A stretch of DNA of 64,000 nucleotides from Lama guanicoe (GCA_013239625.1 MU054400.1:4527802-4591801), one strand, 5' to 3'; shown: positions 37,271-49,794, counted from the stretch's first letter. Numbers and translations: made by a program. Notes: generated by a model from the sequence alone, not told the origin.

Positions 37271-38340
37271 TATTCTTCTGCAAGTTCACCACACAAAACC
37301 AATATTCGAGAGGCAAGCGTTTGTTGGAAAGGAAAGGTTGCTTTATCCAAGAGGCCAGCAACCTGGGGAGAAGGTAGACTCATGTTCAATAACCAACTCC
37401 GAAGAGTCTGCTCAACCATGAAGGTTTTTAAAGGGAGAATCATTTGGGGAGGGGGTGAGAGTCTTTGTTATCTTCTACTACATGCAGACTTTCTTGTGAT
37501 TGGTTGGTGGTGAGGTAACAGGGTGATGTTCCAGGAATCTTGTGCTCAACCAGAAGTTACCATCCTCCATTTGGGGGCCTTAGTTCCTGCAGAAGAACTC
37601 AAAGGTATGTTATGTATATTCCTTGAGGAGGAACCAGGACCCTGCTTTATGACTGCTAGTTTCTTGATTGCTTCTCCTCTGTTTCTGCATTCTCTCCCTT
37701 CCCTGGTTAGCAACTGCTTGAATCTGCCTTTTGGAACTCAGGGAAGGTCAGCGAGGCTGAATGAAGCCTATTTTGTATGAACAATGTAACCAAACAGGAC
37801 CCTATGGGGGTTTTGAAGGGTAGACCCCTCCCCCCTATCTTCTGTTTCAGCTCTTCTCTGAAGTACCCAGATAATGGCATCTGATGCACATTTCCTGAGT
37901 TGTTCTACAGATGTGAAAATACACACCAAATGGAAGACATTAACTATTTGATGACCATGAGCACATGGCCCCCAGGCCTACTGGAGCCTAAGGCTTGATA
38001 ATGTGAGCCCCTTGGACACTGCCTCATTGCCTCATCATCAACCAATCAGAAAACTGTGCACAAACTGGTCACATACCCTGTGACCCTCCTCCCTCACCTG
38101 GCCTTTAAAAGTGCTTTGCTTAAACTCTTCAGGGAGATTGGGTTCTAGAGTCACCCATTCTCCTTGTATTAGTGCCCTTACAATAAACACTGCACTTTCC
38201 TTCACCACAACTTGGTGTCAGTAGATTGGCTTTACTGCACTCAGGCAAGCAGACCTAAGCTTGGTTTAGTAACAAAAAGAAACAGGGAACATAGAAAGGA
38301 TTTGTACCTGGAGGGCCCCACAGGGTCTTGCTCCATTTCA
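37271..38340 (-). mobile_element. ERV1 LTR (same family as 28539), split by the LTR at 37785-38274
   Basis: ccttgaggaggaaccaggaccctgc...ggaactcagggaaggtca...tgaatgaagcctattt|...gaaacagggaacatagaaaggatttg...ctccatttca; TSD ctgc. Confidence 0.85.
37785..38274 (+). mobile_element. ERV1 solo LTR nested in 37271-38340
   Basis: tgtaacc...agtaaca termini; TSD acaa/aaaa; accaatcag, tttaaaa and caataaa present. Confidence 0.85.
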
Positions 38341-38735
38341 CTGCTACCCTTCTAGACTCTTCCAGCTGGCCTAAGTATTAAATTTACATGAGACAGTTTA
38401 ACAGAAGAAAATTAAACATAAGTTTAATGCATACATGAGAGAGACCCAGGTAAACTGAGCAACTCACCAAAATGGTCTTAGCCCTCATCTTAAATACTAT
38501 CTTCAGCTAAAAACAAAAGAGGATGTTGAAGATGGCGGTTTGGAACTTCAAGGGGAGGAAGGCAATTCACATGGAGATGGAAAAGCAAATGCTTGATAAA
38601 TGAATGCTTGCTGAGCCATGCACAGACAATGGGACACAGAGTGCACTCTGATCTCTAGGACTTGCAGAGTTTCCCCACCACACCTAGTCCATATTCTATG
38701 CAGATATCTCTGGTGGTATCTCTATTCTGGAAACA

Positions 38736-39793
38736 TGAAACCAAGCAGGACCCTGTGAGGCCCTCCACTCTGTGTTTCCATATCTTGTCTATAGAAAAAT
38801 GGTTTAGTTTCTTAAGGCCTTCCCTGAGTTCCCAAGAGCAGACTCAAGCAGTTAACTAATTAGGGAAGTAAGAGAATACAGAAACAAAAGAAAAGCAGTC
38901 AAGCAAGAAAAGTAGTGATAGCTTAAACAATGGTTCCGTAATAAAACAGAGTCATGGTTTCTCCTCAAGGGATATACCTAACAATCCATTGCATATCTTT
39001 GAGTTGTTTTGCAGAAACTAAGACCTCCATGTTGTATGATATAACATGGTGGCTGGTCGATAAGCCAATGACACTCGGGTTGGTAAAAGAATTTAGCAGA
39101 GGTTAAGTATAAGAATAGAAATGAGTTTATTAGGGTACACTGTCATAGACAACAGCGGGCCACACAGACAAGAGGGGCCTATGTGAATGCCAAGGGCAAG
39201 TTGTTGGGGTCTTTTATAATGTCAGATCACAAGATGCCCGATCGGCTTGTGCACAAGTCTCTGATTGGCTGAGGTAAGAGGTTTAGGGTCCATGAAGGGT
39301 GGTGGGGTCTATGACTCTGATAAGGTAGGCATTATCTGGGGCTATTAGTTTGTTAGGGGAAACATGTCCAGCAAAGAATGTCAGACATCTGAAAGTCCAA
39401 GAATGGGGCTTTTCAGACTCTGAACGACGTCAGTTGGCCCCACATCCTACCCAGATGGAGGATGGTGACTATTTGCTGACCATAAGCATGCAGGCACTTG
39501 ACTGGCTAGAACCAGAAGGTTGCCGATTAGGATTCCCAAAATGTCACCCTGTTACCTTACGACCAACCAATCAGAAGAAAGTCCATGAGCTGTAGCCCTC
39601 ACCCCAAATATTGCCTTTTAAAATCCCTTCCCTGAAAGCCATCAGGGAGTTTGGGTCTTTTGAGCATAAGCTGCCCATCTTCTTTGCTTGTTGCCCTGAA
39701 ATAAATGCTATAATTTCCTTCACCACAACCCAATTTCAGTAGATCGGTTTTTATGTGAGTTGGGTGAGCAAACCCAAGCTCAGTTCAGTAATA
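38736..39793 (+). mobile_element. ERV1 LTR (same family as 34936), split by the LTR at 39030-39444
   Basis: tgaaaccaagcaggaccctgtg...gactcaagcagttaactaattagggaag is colinear with 34936-35587; TSD aaaca/aaata. Confidence 0.87.
39030..39444 (-). mobile_element. Solo LTR of an unrelated family, innermost nest level
   Basis: tgttg...cccaca termini; minus-strand CCAAT, TATA-like (ttttata) and AATAAA (tttatt) in LTR order; TSD tcca/tcct; absent from the sister LTR at 34936. Confidence 0.8.
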
Positions 39794-42509
39794 AAATAAC
39801 CCCTCTATTCAAATTTTTTTAGGCAGCTGAAGAGGAGGTAAAAAGAAAGACTTCTTGAGTCTTCTATTTCTTAAAAATAATTGGCCTAAATTAACTCTCA
39901 TGCCAAAGAGACACATTTTGGGGTGGCAAATTTTGCTCCCCTACACTGATTAGGACCCATTCTCCAACCAGGGAAAATAGAAGCATAGATTTTATATATG
40001 GGTTAAGTTGAATGAAGACTGAGAAAAGACTCAGAGCCCAAACTTGTAACACTCCTGCCAGACATGTAAAAATGAGGTCCTCAGCAGAAGCCACTGGGAA
40101 GTGTGACCTAGTTGTTCCACTGCACAGGCATTGGCAGGTGCTTCTTAATTCCCAGATGAGCCCTGGATGCTGGTAACTGATGATTCTGGCTCCAGGGGAG
40201 ACTGGTGATCTTTGAGTACTAATGACATTTCTCCACTTGGGGTCCACTAGGGTCCCATGCTCTCATCTAGAAAGTTACAAACCCTCTCCCTTTACATTTC
40301 CTTTCTGTCTTTCCCCATACTCCCTTGGTCCAGGCAGCTTTTTCCAGTGGAAAGAAGTGGAGAAAAGCTTTGTTCTCATTTTATTTGCATTGTCCCAGAT
40401 CTATTTTATTGTCTAAGATGCACAAGACTGCTTGCAATTTAATTTTTTATGTCACTCTAAAAGCCTACTCTTTTGAAACTTAAAAGCCCAGGGGAAAGAA
40501 CCTCCTAGTCTCCCTCATGCTGCTGCCTCACCTTTTCTTTGTCGGGATGAGCAGAGGTGCCCTGGCTGTTTCTCAGGATAGGCAGCAGTGGGGAAGGGGC
40601 ATATGGTAAAGGGACTCTCCGGGCACACATCAACTAATATTTTAAAAGAGGATCCCACTGCTTCAAAAATGTCTCCAAGAAAATAATTTTCACACCCCTG
40701 TGTGCACAGTCCTTAAATAATAGTCATTCTGGGTCAGTTGAAGCTCTTTCAGCATGGCCCTCACTAGCCTTGAGGAAGGCCTCTGAAAATGGCCAGATAC
40801 CCTATCAGTCAGCTTTGTGACCCTCAGACACCCTGAAGGTTATGAAGCATGGAGTCTTCTGCTCAGCGGGTGAGTGCATGGGGTGGGGGGTGAGGGTGGA
40901 ACTGTTGTCCTCATCGCCACATCAGAAAGGAGTGGCTCTGAGGGAGGCTGACCCAGGGAAACCTGGGCCAGTCACAGACCTCACAGTGGGGCCACCTGTG
41001 CATTTTCCTCTCCCCTCAGCTGGACACCACTGCTCTCTTCTCTTTAGCATTAAAAAACAAAAGTAAATAAATAAGACAAAAACTATTCCTTTTGTGGAAG
41101 GCGCACAGTCTAAGCTAAATCCAAATTTCCAACTCTGCCCTCAAGTTAACTTTGGTCAATTGCCTTAACCTCTCCAGATCTGTCCTCTGCAAAACGGAGT
41201 TACTAAGACCTGCTACAGAGAGTCAGTTTAAAGACTAAATGCAGGGCTGCTCCCCTTCCCCAGCGCACATGGGACAGGACACATGGGTCGTTCTGTCAGA
41301 CCAGTGATTCGCGCTTAAATTAACCACTCACCTACTGCTGCCCCATTTTACCATCAAACAATATCGTCCGCCCACACCATCAGCCCTCTGAGGGCAAATT
41401 CAAACGATAGCAAAGCTCACAAGCCAAGAAATAGCTCCTAATTCTTTTTCCAAAAAAAATTACAGGCTGCCTCCCCACTCCTGCCTGTTCCCAGGCCATG
41501 CACAATGCACCCCTCTTCAGGTCCTGCCTCCCACTTCTCCACACTTCCAGCACACCCCTGCCTCTCCCCAGCTCTTTGTTTGAGATTTTTACTCCTTTTT
41601 TCTAAATTGTAGCATGTGTGCATTGGGAGCAAAGACTGTGTTCTTTTGTACCATGCTAAGTGCCCAAGACATTGTAGAGAACTTGCAAAATTACAAAACC
41701 CAGAATGACCCAGAAAGAACTACAGGGATCCCAGTTCCATAGGAAGGTTTATGCACTTTTGTTTTTCCCAGGCTTCTCTCTTTTCCTGGTGCACCTTCAG
41801 AAGGCAGATACCTCAGGGCACAAGGGGCCACGCGGGCAGGTGTATACATGTATTTTTTGGCAGGGGAAGGCCATCCTTCAATGTCTACCACCGAGTGATT
41901 CCTCAAAGTCTCTTGCTAAGTAATTCCAGGACCCTCGTTGAATCATTTCCCAGTTACTGTCACCAGATTACCCCTCAGTATCAGAGGAGCAAGTTACCTC
42001 CTTAAGTGTGGACATAGTGTCCCATTCATCTTTTCATCCCTCACTCACTGTGCAGAGCCTGGCACACAAAACCCAGTAGTTGAAGTGAACAAACCACAAT
42101 ATAACCTGCCACGATGCGCTGTACTTAGATTGTTCACATATGGATGGAGCGTGGCTGGGCACGGTTGGTAGGAATACTGTTATTGCTCTCCAGCTGGGAG
42201 CAGCTTTAAGTGGACCAACTTGAGAAGTGATTTTATGCTCTGGCTTTTGAAAGCACTGGAAAGTTTCCAAGAAGAAAGGGAGACAGCAGGAGGGAACAGC
42301 AGATCACATGTAATAGAGGAGAAATATATACCCATGGAAAGAGCAGTATCTAGGTAGTTTGAGGGTCAAATGGAATATCCCTGCCTGAGACTTCTTCGCA
42401 CCGCCAAGACCTGGAAGAATGGAGCTTGAATGCTTTATTTGCCAAAGATGTTAAACCAAAACTTCCAACCCCAAGGCTCAAGGGTTTTGATTCCCCAGGA
42501 TGGACTCCT

Positions 42510-42898
42510 AATACTTGCTAGAGCTGCCATAAAAAGTGCCATAGACTGGGGGGCTTAAACAGCAGGGATTTCTTGTCTCACAGTCCTGGAGGCTAGAAGT
42601 CCAACATCAAGGTGATATCAGGGTTGGTTTCTTCTGAGACACCTCCCTCCTTGGCTTGAAGATGACCATCTTCTCCCTGGGTCTTCACACGGTCTTCCCT
42701 CTGTGTCTGTCTGTGTCCTAATCTCTCCTTCTTATAAGGACACCAGTCATACTGGATTAGGGCTCACCCTAATGACCGCAATGTACCTTAATTACCTCCT
42801 TAAAGACCCCATCTCCAAATATAGCCCCATTCTGAGGGACTGGGATTAGGACTTCAACACATGAATTTGGGAGGAAGAATACCATTCAGCTGATAATA
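42510..42898 (-). mobile_element. MLT1A/B solo LTR
   Basis: ggcttaaacagcagggatttcttgtctcacagtcctggaggctagaagtcc...cttataaggacaccagtcatactggattagggctcaccctaatgacc...ggacttcaacacatgaatttggg. Confidence 0.9.
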
Positions 42899-43254
42899 GC
42901 CGGTGGTACCACGACAAATTACTGAGCCATCATGTGTGTGCCTATAAAATTCCAGCCACCAACCTGTGTCAAAAATGAGCTCTTAGCTGCCACTAGGAAT
43001 CTCTGTTTTCACAAACTGACAGAACCTTGTGAGGACATCACCACAATGTAAATACTAATCCATTCATTTAAGAATAGTATGATTACCCAGACATACTTGA
43101 CTAATGTGGTGATAGTTGGAGATGGGATTTCTACCGCTTAGAAAATGAATTTACTCAATTACAAAATAATCACATTGAACATTATCCAAGTTTGGATCCA
43201 TTTAGCATCTTCTTAAGCCAATGGAGCACAGACAACTCAATCCATTTCCCAGGA

Positions 43255-44490
43255 GAGTATCCAAATAATCAATATACACATTAAAAGGTGATCAGCCTCA
43301 TTAACCATCAAAGACATACAGGCTAAAAACCCAATAGCATGCCAAAGTCACCAAATTGGTAAAAAGTAGAAAAAATAACAAAGCCAAGTGATAGAAAGTA
43401 GAACAACTGAAACTCTTACACAGAACTAGTGGGAGTGTAAATTGGTACAAATACCATGGAACACAACCAACTGTCTCCTAAACTGAACATATCCATACAC
43501 TATGACCTAGGAGTTCCACTCCTGGATCTAGACCTAGCAGAAGCACATACATGTACCCACTAAAATAGATGTATTATAATATTCACAGCAGCATTATTCA
43601 TCAATTCCCAAACCTAAAAAATAACCCAAGTGTCCAACAATAACACAATAAGAAGTAACTTCAGCATACTCGTACAATGGAATGCTATACAGCAATGAAA
43701 ATGTAAAAACCACTGCTGCGTTCAATAGCACAGATACATCTGACATTGTGCAGACCATATGCTGAAAGATGCAGGACACAAAAAAATTACATATTGTATT
43801 ATTCTACACTTTAATTTAGTGATCTATTTTTGTATCATTTATGTAAAGTACAAATTTAGGCAAAATTACCTGACAGGTTTACATTTGGGGTTTTAAGAGC
43901 TGGGGGATCGGGGTGGGGAGAAGGCTGGAGCTGGGTGGTGAACTGTCTCACTGCAGGGGGTGAGGATGCATGGCTCAGTGCCTCAGAGATGAAGCAGCTC
44001 ACTGACAACATCCCGGGAGGGTCGACACTGAACAGGAGGGGACCATCAGTCCCTCTGAGTTACAGCACATTATCTCCTGCTCACCAGACTTTGCCAGTGC
44101 CTTTAAGGTTGTCCTGTGACAGGAGCCACAGCATGTATCACAGCACCCTCTCGAAGAACCTTTCTACTACTGAGCAGTGGCCAAGTCTGTTGCCAAAGCT
44201 GGTCAAGCTGGCCCAGCCCAGATCCATCTGATCACAGCTCAGTCTCCTGGTCAGGGCTCGCCCCTTCTCACTGCCACTGTCATTGCTCTGTTTGTATCAA
44301 TAATAAAGATTTAGAATTTCGTTTTGTTTTTTGGGCTTTTTTTTAAAGAGCTAGGAGGGAGCTAAAGTAATGTTGTATTTCCTGAATTGGGTGGTGGTTA
44401 GACAGATGTATTCATTTAAAAAATTCATCAAGTTAATCTTACGATCTGTGTACCCTTTCAGGCATCCTGTGATTCAATAAAAAAAATTAA
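43255..44490 (+). mobile_element. Old L1ME-like ORF2 end and 3' UTR fragments (about 43255-43900 and 44350-44490)
   Basis: gaacaactgaaactcttacac...tagtgggagtgtaaattggtacaaataccatggaa...tatgacctaggagttccactcctgg. Confidence 0.65.
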
Positions 44491-45156
44491 TCACTATCAC
44501 CACCCAAAAAAATGAAGAGTCAAAACACTTTTGAAACAGGGCTTTGTCATGGATGTTAAGTCCACTCAGTGAGAAAGCAATTAAAGAAGACAATAATCCC
44601 AATGACAGAGAGATAAAAAGACAGTGAGAATCTTGCTTTGACGACTGAACAATAGAAAACTGGACAAGTGTGGGCTGGTTAAGGGAAAAGGGTGTGTGTG
44701 TTGTTTGGCTATCAACTCAATGAGTTCAATGGTTTTGAGTGACCAAAGGGAGTCTGCTACACTCTTGCAAAGATTGACCTTCGAAAGGGCTAGGGCCACA
44801 CCTATTTGTCAGGACAGTTTGGCTGGCATTTAAGAGCAGAGTTTGAGGATGGGGTCTCTCCTCAGACCCCCCAACTCTTAATAAATAACTACAAACAACA
44901 TTACCTTGCATAACAGAATCAATTGCTTTTCTGAAATCAGCAGGAGTCATTGACAAAGTTCTTCTTCCTTCCTATTTGCTCTGAGCTGATTGTCTCAAGA
45001 GGGCACAGGTGGGCCCAGGCACAGCTGCTCCGGGCTGTAACTTGGGTTGACACACAGGCAGCTGTTAGAGGAACACACCTCCCTCTCTTTGTCATTGGAC
45101 AAAGTTCTTGGTTTAGCCCAACTATTGAATCCAGGTGATGCTCCCTAACTGGCAGA

Positions 45157-46156
45157 TGCGATGGTTAATTTTATGTGTCAATGGCTGGGTCACACGTTGC
45201 CCAGATATTTAGTTAAGCATTATTCTGGCTTGTATCTGTGAAGTTGTTTCTGGACAAGACTACAATCTGAATCAGCAGACCCTGTAAAGCAGATTGCCCT
45301 CCCCAGTGTGGGTGGGCCGCATCCAATCCATTGAAAGCTCGGACAGAATAAAAAGCTGAGTCAGAATTCTCTCTCTCTGTCTGTCTTCAAGCTGGGACAT
45401 CCGTCTTCTCCTGCTTTTGGACCCAGACTTGGACTGGAACTTCCACCGTCAGCTCTCCTGCTTCTCTGGCCTTTGGACTCAGACTAGAGCAATATCGTTG
45501 GCTCTCCTGGGTACCCAGCTTGCCAACTACAGATCTCAGCGTTCTCAGCTTCCATAATCATTGGGACCAATCTCTTATAGCCTCTCTCTCTCTCTCTCTC
45601 AATATATATGTGCTGTTTCTCTGAAGAACCCAGACTCATATTGATTTTGGTACCAAGAGTAGTTCTAGTGGAACATAAGTTGAAGGATGATTTTTCCAAA
45701 TTGGTTCTGAAGGGGTCTGGAAATAACTAAAAACTGATTAGGTTTAAGGATGCTGTAGACGAGATTTCCAGTACCAAAGAGTGCACTGATAGTCGTATGT
45801 AAAACACCTCACTGGGTACTTCTCATCAACCACTTACAAGAAGCAAGGATCTAGATGACAGTGTATATGTTAGTTTCAAACAGTTTTGGAAATCTAACAA
45901 ATCTAATGAGGTTGGCTGGTTGCTCCTAATGTTACTGGACGAAGTGGTAAAAGAAAAGGATGAGTCAGGGATTCGGATTCCAGGTTCAAACATCATATAA
46001 GTGACCTGAAAGCTACCATGGACGCCTAAAGAAGACCTTTATTTCCTGTAGCTGCAGGGCTGAGATTGCTGAAAATCAAATGTGGAATCTCATTCTGAGA
46101 TTCACTGAACTACCGCTCAAGTCCAGCTCCCAGCCTTGCAAGGTGTCTACTGTTCA
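45157..46156 (+). mobile_element. MLT2 (ERVL) 5' LTR (45157-45642) plus ERVL internal leader/gag remnant
   Basis: tgcgatggttaattttatgtgtcaa...gcagattgccctccccagtgtgggtgggc...tctctgaagaacccagact then gattttggtaccaagagtagttctag. Confidence 0.88.
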
Positions 46157-46427
46157 GAAAGAAAAGAGGACATCTGGAGAGAAAGCTCCCAGCATCTCAG
46201 AGAACACATAAATAATTATGAACAGAATGTTGGTAGAAATGTGGTCATTAAAGGCCACTCCAGTGAGCTCTCGGATGGAAATGAGGAACATGTTAATGGA
46301 AACTGAAGAAAGGCAATCCTAGTTATAAAACGGCAAAGAACATGGCTGAACTGTGTTTAGGTTCTTGTGTTTTGCAGAAAGTAGAGCTCGTGAGTGTTAA
46401 AACTGGATATTTAGCTGAAGAGATTTC

Positions 46428-47221
46428 CTTTTTTTTTTCCAGTTTAAAACTATAAATTGTTTATTTCAGGAATTTTCCATTTAATATTATCAGACCACGG
46501 TTGACTGCAGGTAACTAAAACCAAGGAAGGCAAAACCTCAGAGAAGGGAGACTACCATACTTTCTGTTCAACATATACTGCTACATTAAGAAAAAAAAAA
46601 CAGTTATCTACATTCCAAGATATGTTCTGTATCTACTCATTTTCTTTGCGGTCATCATTTGCTAATATAATCATGCAAGGTACACATATCTTTTAAAACA
46701 CTTGGAAGGTTCTATTAACAAAATCTGAGTTTTGACTATTTCTAAGTGTCCAGGTAACTAATCTATTTAACCCACCAATGCTTGTAACACAGTAGGCACA
46801 GCCCTGACATTCCAGCAAAGTTTTATGGATTAATGACATGTAAGGTAACATTTCTTTGAAGAAAAAAAAAAGCAGAGAAGGCTCTTGAAACTTTAAGCAA
46901 AATACCTAATCGGGATGAAACACTGAGGTCAGCATTCATGGAAGAGTAATATTAAATATACGGCATGTAAAACATATTAGAATTGTATCACACTTCTTTT
47001 GTGAGCCAAAAATAAAGAGGATATGACATGGAGGGGCCTTAAATTACATTTACAGAAGGCAGAAGGATAAAGTTGGACACCAGAATAAGGAAGGGTACTC
47101 TTGTCCTAGGCCAAGAAGACATTTTGAAACCTCTAGTGGTTACTGAAATTTTCCTTTAAGTAGGCAAAAAAAGTTAACAAGAATTGTTAGGGTGTCTGAC
47201 ACTGCATTTATTGCAGTGGTG
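46428..47221 (-). pseudogene. 5'-truncated processed retrocopy or orphan 3' transduction of an unidentified polyadenylated transcript
   Basis: Poly(T) at 46429-46438; tttatt at 46460-46465, 21 nt from the tail; TSD ttagc(t)gaagagatttc at 46411-46427 and 47222-47237; AT-rich non-L1 body. Confidence 0.8.
46455..46558 (+). mobile_element. Tigger4/MER46-like terminal fragment carried inside the retrocopy
   Basis: aattgtttatttcaggaattttccatttaatattatcagaccacggttgactgcaggtaactaaaacc...gagaagggagactac. Confidence 0.7.
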
Positions 47222-49794
47222 TTAGCGAAGAGATTTCTAAATAAAGTGTTGAAGAAGCAACTTGGTTCTTGACTGCTTATAGTAAAATGCAAAAAGAGAG
47301 AAATGAATTGAAGAAGGAATATTTAAGCAAGAAGAAAGCAGAACTAAAAGATTTCAAAAATTCTTAGCCAGTCTACATTGCGAAAAATGAAGAAACAGTG
47401 TTTGGAAAAGAACACCCAGGGTGTGGCAGGGATTATGACTCCATGAAGAGATCATGGGATTATGAGCAGAAGCACTGCCAGTTTGAACTGAAGGGGACAG
47501 AGATGGGGCCAAATGAGGGAAGGCTGCTGGACTGCCTAGATATTATGGGACGGGACCACAGAGCTATTCAGCTGGGAACCTGACTACTCTTCAACACAAG
47601 AGAAGAATGACTCCAAAGGAGATTCAGAGATCACCAGTGCTGTCTCTTCAGTTTTGGGGAGGTTGTCAGGGGGCACACTGCCTTCATTTCACCCAGCAGC
47701 TGCAAAGACTCTTGCAGGCAGAAGTCTTGGGGATGGGGCCCCCCACAGACTTGGGCCAAGACCCCCAGCCAAAGCTGTGGAGGCACGACTGCTGCCCAGT
47801 GGACCTGAAAGGCAGAGCATCAAGCCAAAGAGGATTGTGGGATTTGCCTTGCTACGTATTTTGAGCTTGCTTCTTTTTTTCCTATTTCTTTCTCCCTTTT
47901 GGAATGGGAATGTCTATCCTACGCCTGTCCTGACATTGTGTTTTAGAAGTTCATAACTTATCTGGTTTCATGGGTCCAAAACGAGAAAGAAATCTTGCCT
48001 CAGGACAAATCATAACTCAAGTCTCACCCTTGTCTGATTTAGATATTTAGATGAGACTTTGGACTTTTAGACTTTATAGCGTTGATGACGAAATGAAGAC
48101 TTTTAAGCCTATTGGGACAGAATGAATGTGCTTTGTACATGAGAAGGACATAATTTGGGGGAACAGGGTGGAATATTATAGACTGAATGTTTGTTTCCCT
48201 CTAAAATTCATTTGCGAAATCTTAACTCCCAATGTGATGGTATTTGGAGGCGGGGCCTTTGAGAGGTGATTAGGTTTAAACGAGGTCTTGAGGGTGGGAA
48301 TTCCATGATGGAGCTAATGTCCCTGTAAGAAGAGGAAGAGACAACAAATTCTCTTTCTCTCTTCCTCCTCCTCCCTCTTCCCCTCCCCAGTCAGCCAGCA
48401 TCTTGACCTTGGACTTCTCGGCCCCCAGAACTGTGAGAAATAAATTTCTATCGCTTAACTCACCAGATTTGGTATTTTGTTATGGCAGCCCTGGCTGACT
48501 AAAATGGTATATAAGCAGTAAGATGAGGGAATCTTCACCAACAATTATCATATTCATAAACTATTTAAGCAATTTTCTTCCCATCTTATTGGGTTTTTTT
48601 TTTTAATTTAACAATTGGTTTGTATTTTTTCCAGGGTTATGTGATAGCTGAACTCAAGGCCAACAGCCCACTTCCATATGTGCACTATAATTCATGCATT
48701 GATTGTGTGATTCAAATCAGCTCAAGTTTAAGAGGTAAAGCCATTTAAATTCTCAGAACAGATCTTTTTTTAATTTGCTTGAGCCTTAAGGGTATTTTTC
48801 ATTTTGTGGAATTAATAATCTGTCTTTATAAGAAAGCCCAATACAATAGAAAACCTAATAGGGAACTCCAGGGCATCTGTTCATGTTGAAAATCTATTTC
48901 AATAAATTTTCAGAATTGGCCTAATTATTTAAATAACTTGGAAGCACTAAAAGGAAAATCTGCTTGGGTTTTTTTTTTTTTTAATGTTGGAAATGAACTC
49001 AGTCAACCAAATGACATTAAAGTACACATCGATCTTTGCTGTAATAGCAAAGCCTTTGGGAAGTTAAGTGCACATCTGTAATTTCTTCAGGGCAAAAATC
49101 ACAGTGTGGTGGATCAAACTGTGTTCCCTATGATATATTACCAGGAAAAGAGACAAACACCCATCTTTCTCCAAGTAGTTTAGGAAAAGAAAGTCCGAAA
49201 TCATAGCAGTGGGTGTCCATTGTCCTGCTTTCGGCTTCCGTGATCATAAGCATTTTGATCACGTCTGGGTCTTCACAGAAAAGGCCACCAGCACTAAGTA
49301 AGCAAGACATCTATCAGTTTGTGTTTCAAGTTTCAGGATCTTTGTCTAACAATGCCTGAATGCTGTCCGCTTCCCAGGCTAGCACATCAAAATGATGAAT
49401 AAGCCAGGCGTGGCAGGAAAGAGTTCACTGGAAGGCGCAGAACTTGTGGGGGAGGGGAAAGTGGTCTGTCTCGCACAGTCAAGATATGAAAGCGTAAGAG
49501 ACAATGATGGAAGTACCTTGGTCACTTTTATGATCACTAAAATCCTTTAATTCATTAAAACACAGTAGCTGAGATCTATCAGGTACCAGGCACTGTTATG
49601 GGCTCTGGAAATACTATGGGAACCTAGGTGGGAGAGCTGGCAAATGCAGTGGTAATTTCCACTCACATGAGCTGTGTTTAGTTTCCATGTGAACTGCAAA
49701 AATTAAGAAAAAGATCCAGACCCAAAACTCAATCTGTAATGATCACATTCATATTTATAACATAAACAACATTTCCTCTGGCTTTTTGAACATA

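Larger units (their letters stand above)
37243..39945 (-). mobile_element. MER34-like ERV1 LTR hosting four nested LTRs (own pieces 37243-37270, 38341-38735, 39794-39945)
   Basis: Right end is the reverse complement of tgtaggggagcaaaatttgccaccccaaaatgtgtctctttggcatgag; ttttcttctgc|taccct joins across the insert; TSD gtga/ctga. Confidence 0.8.
46157..48506 (+). mobile_element. MLT1A-type internal region plus 3' LTR (48174-48506), interrupted by the retrocopy at 46428-47221
   Basis: gatggaaatgaggaacatgttaatggaaactgaagaaaggcaatcc; LTR gactgaatgtttgtttccctctaaaattcat...cccaatgtgatggtatttggaggcggggcctttg...ggtattttgttatggcagcc. Confidence 0.85.
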
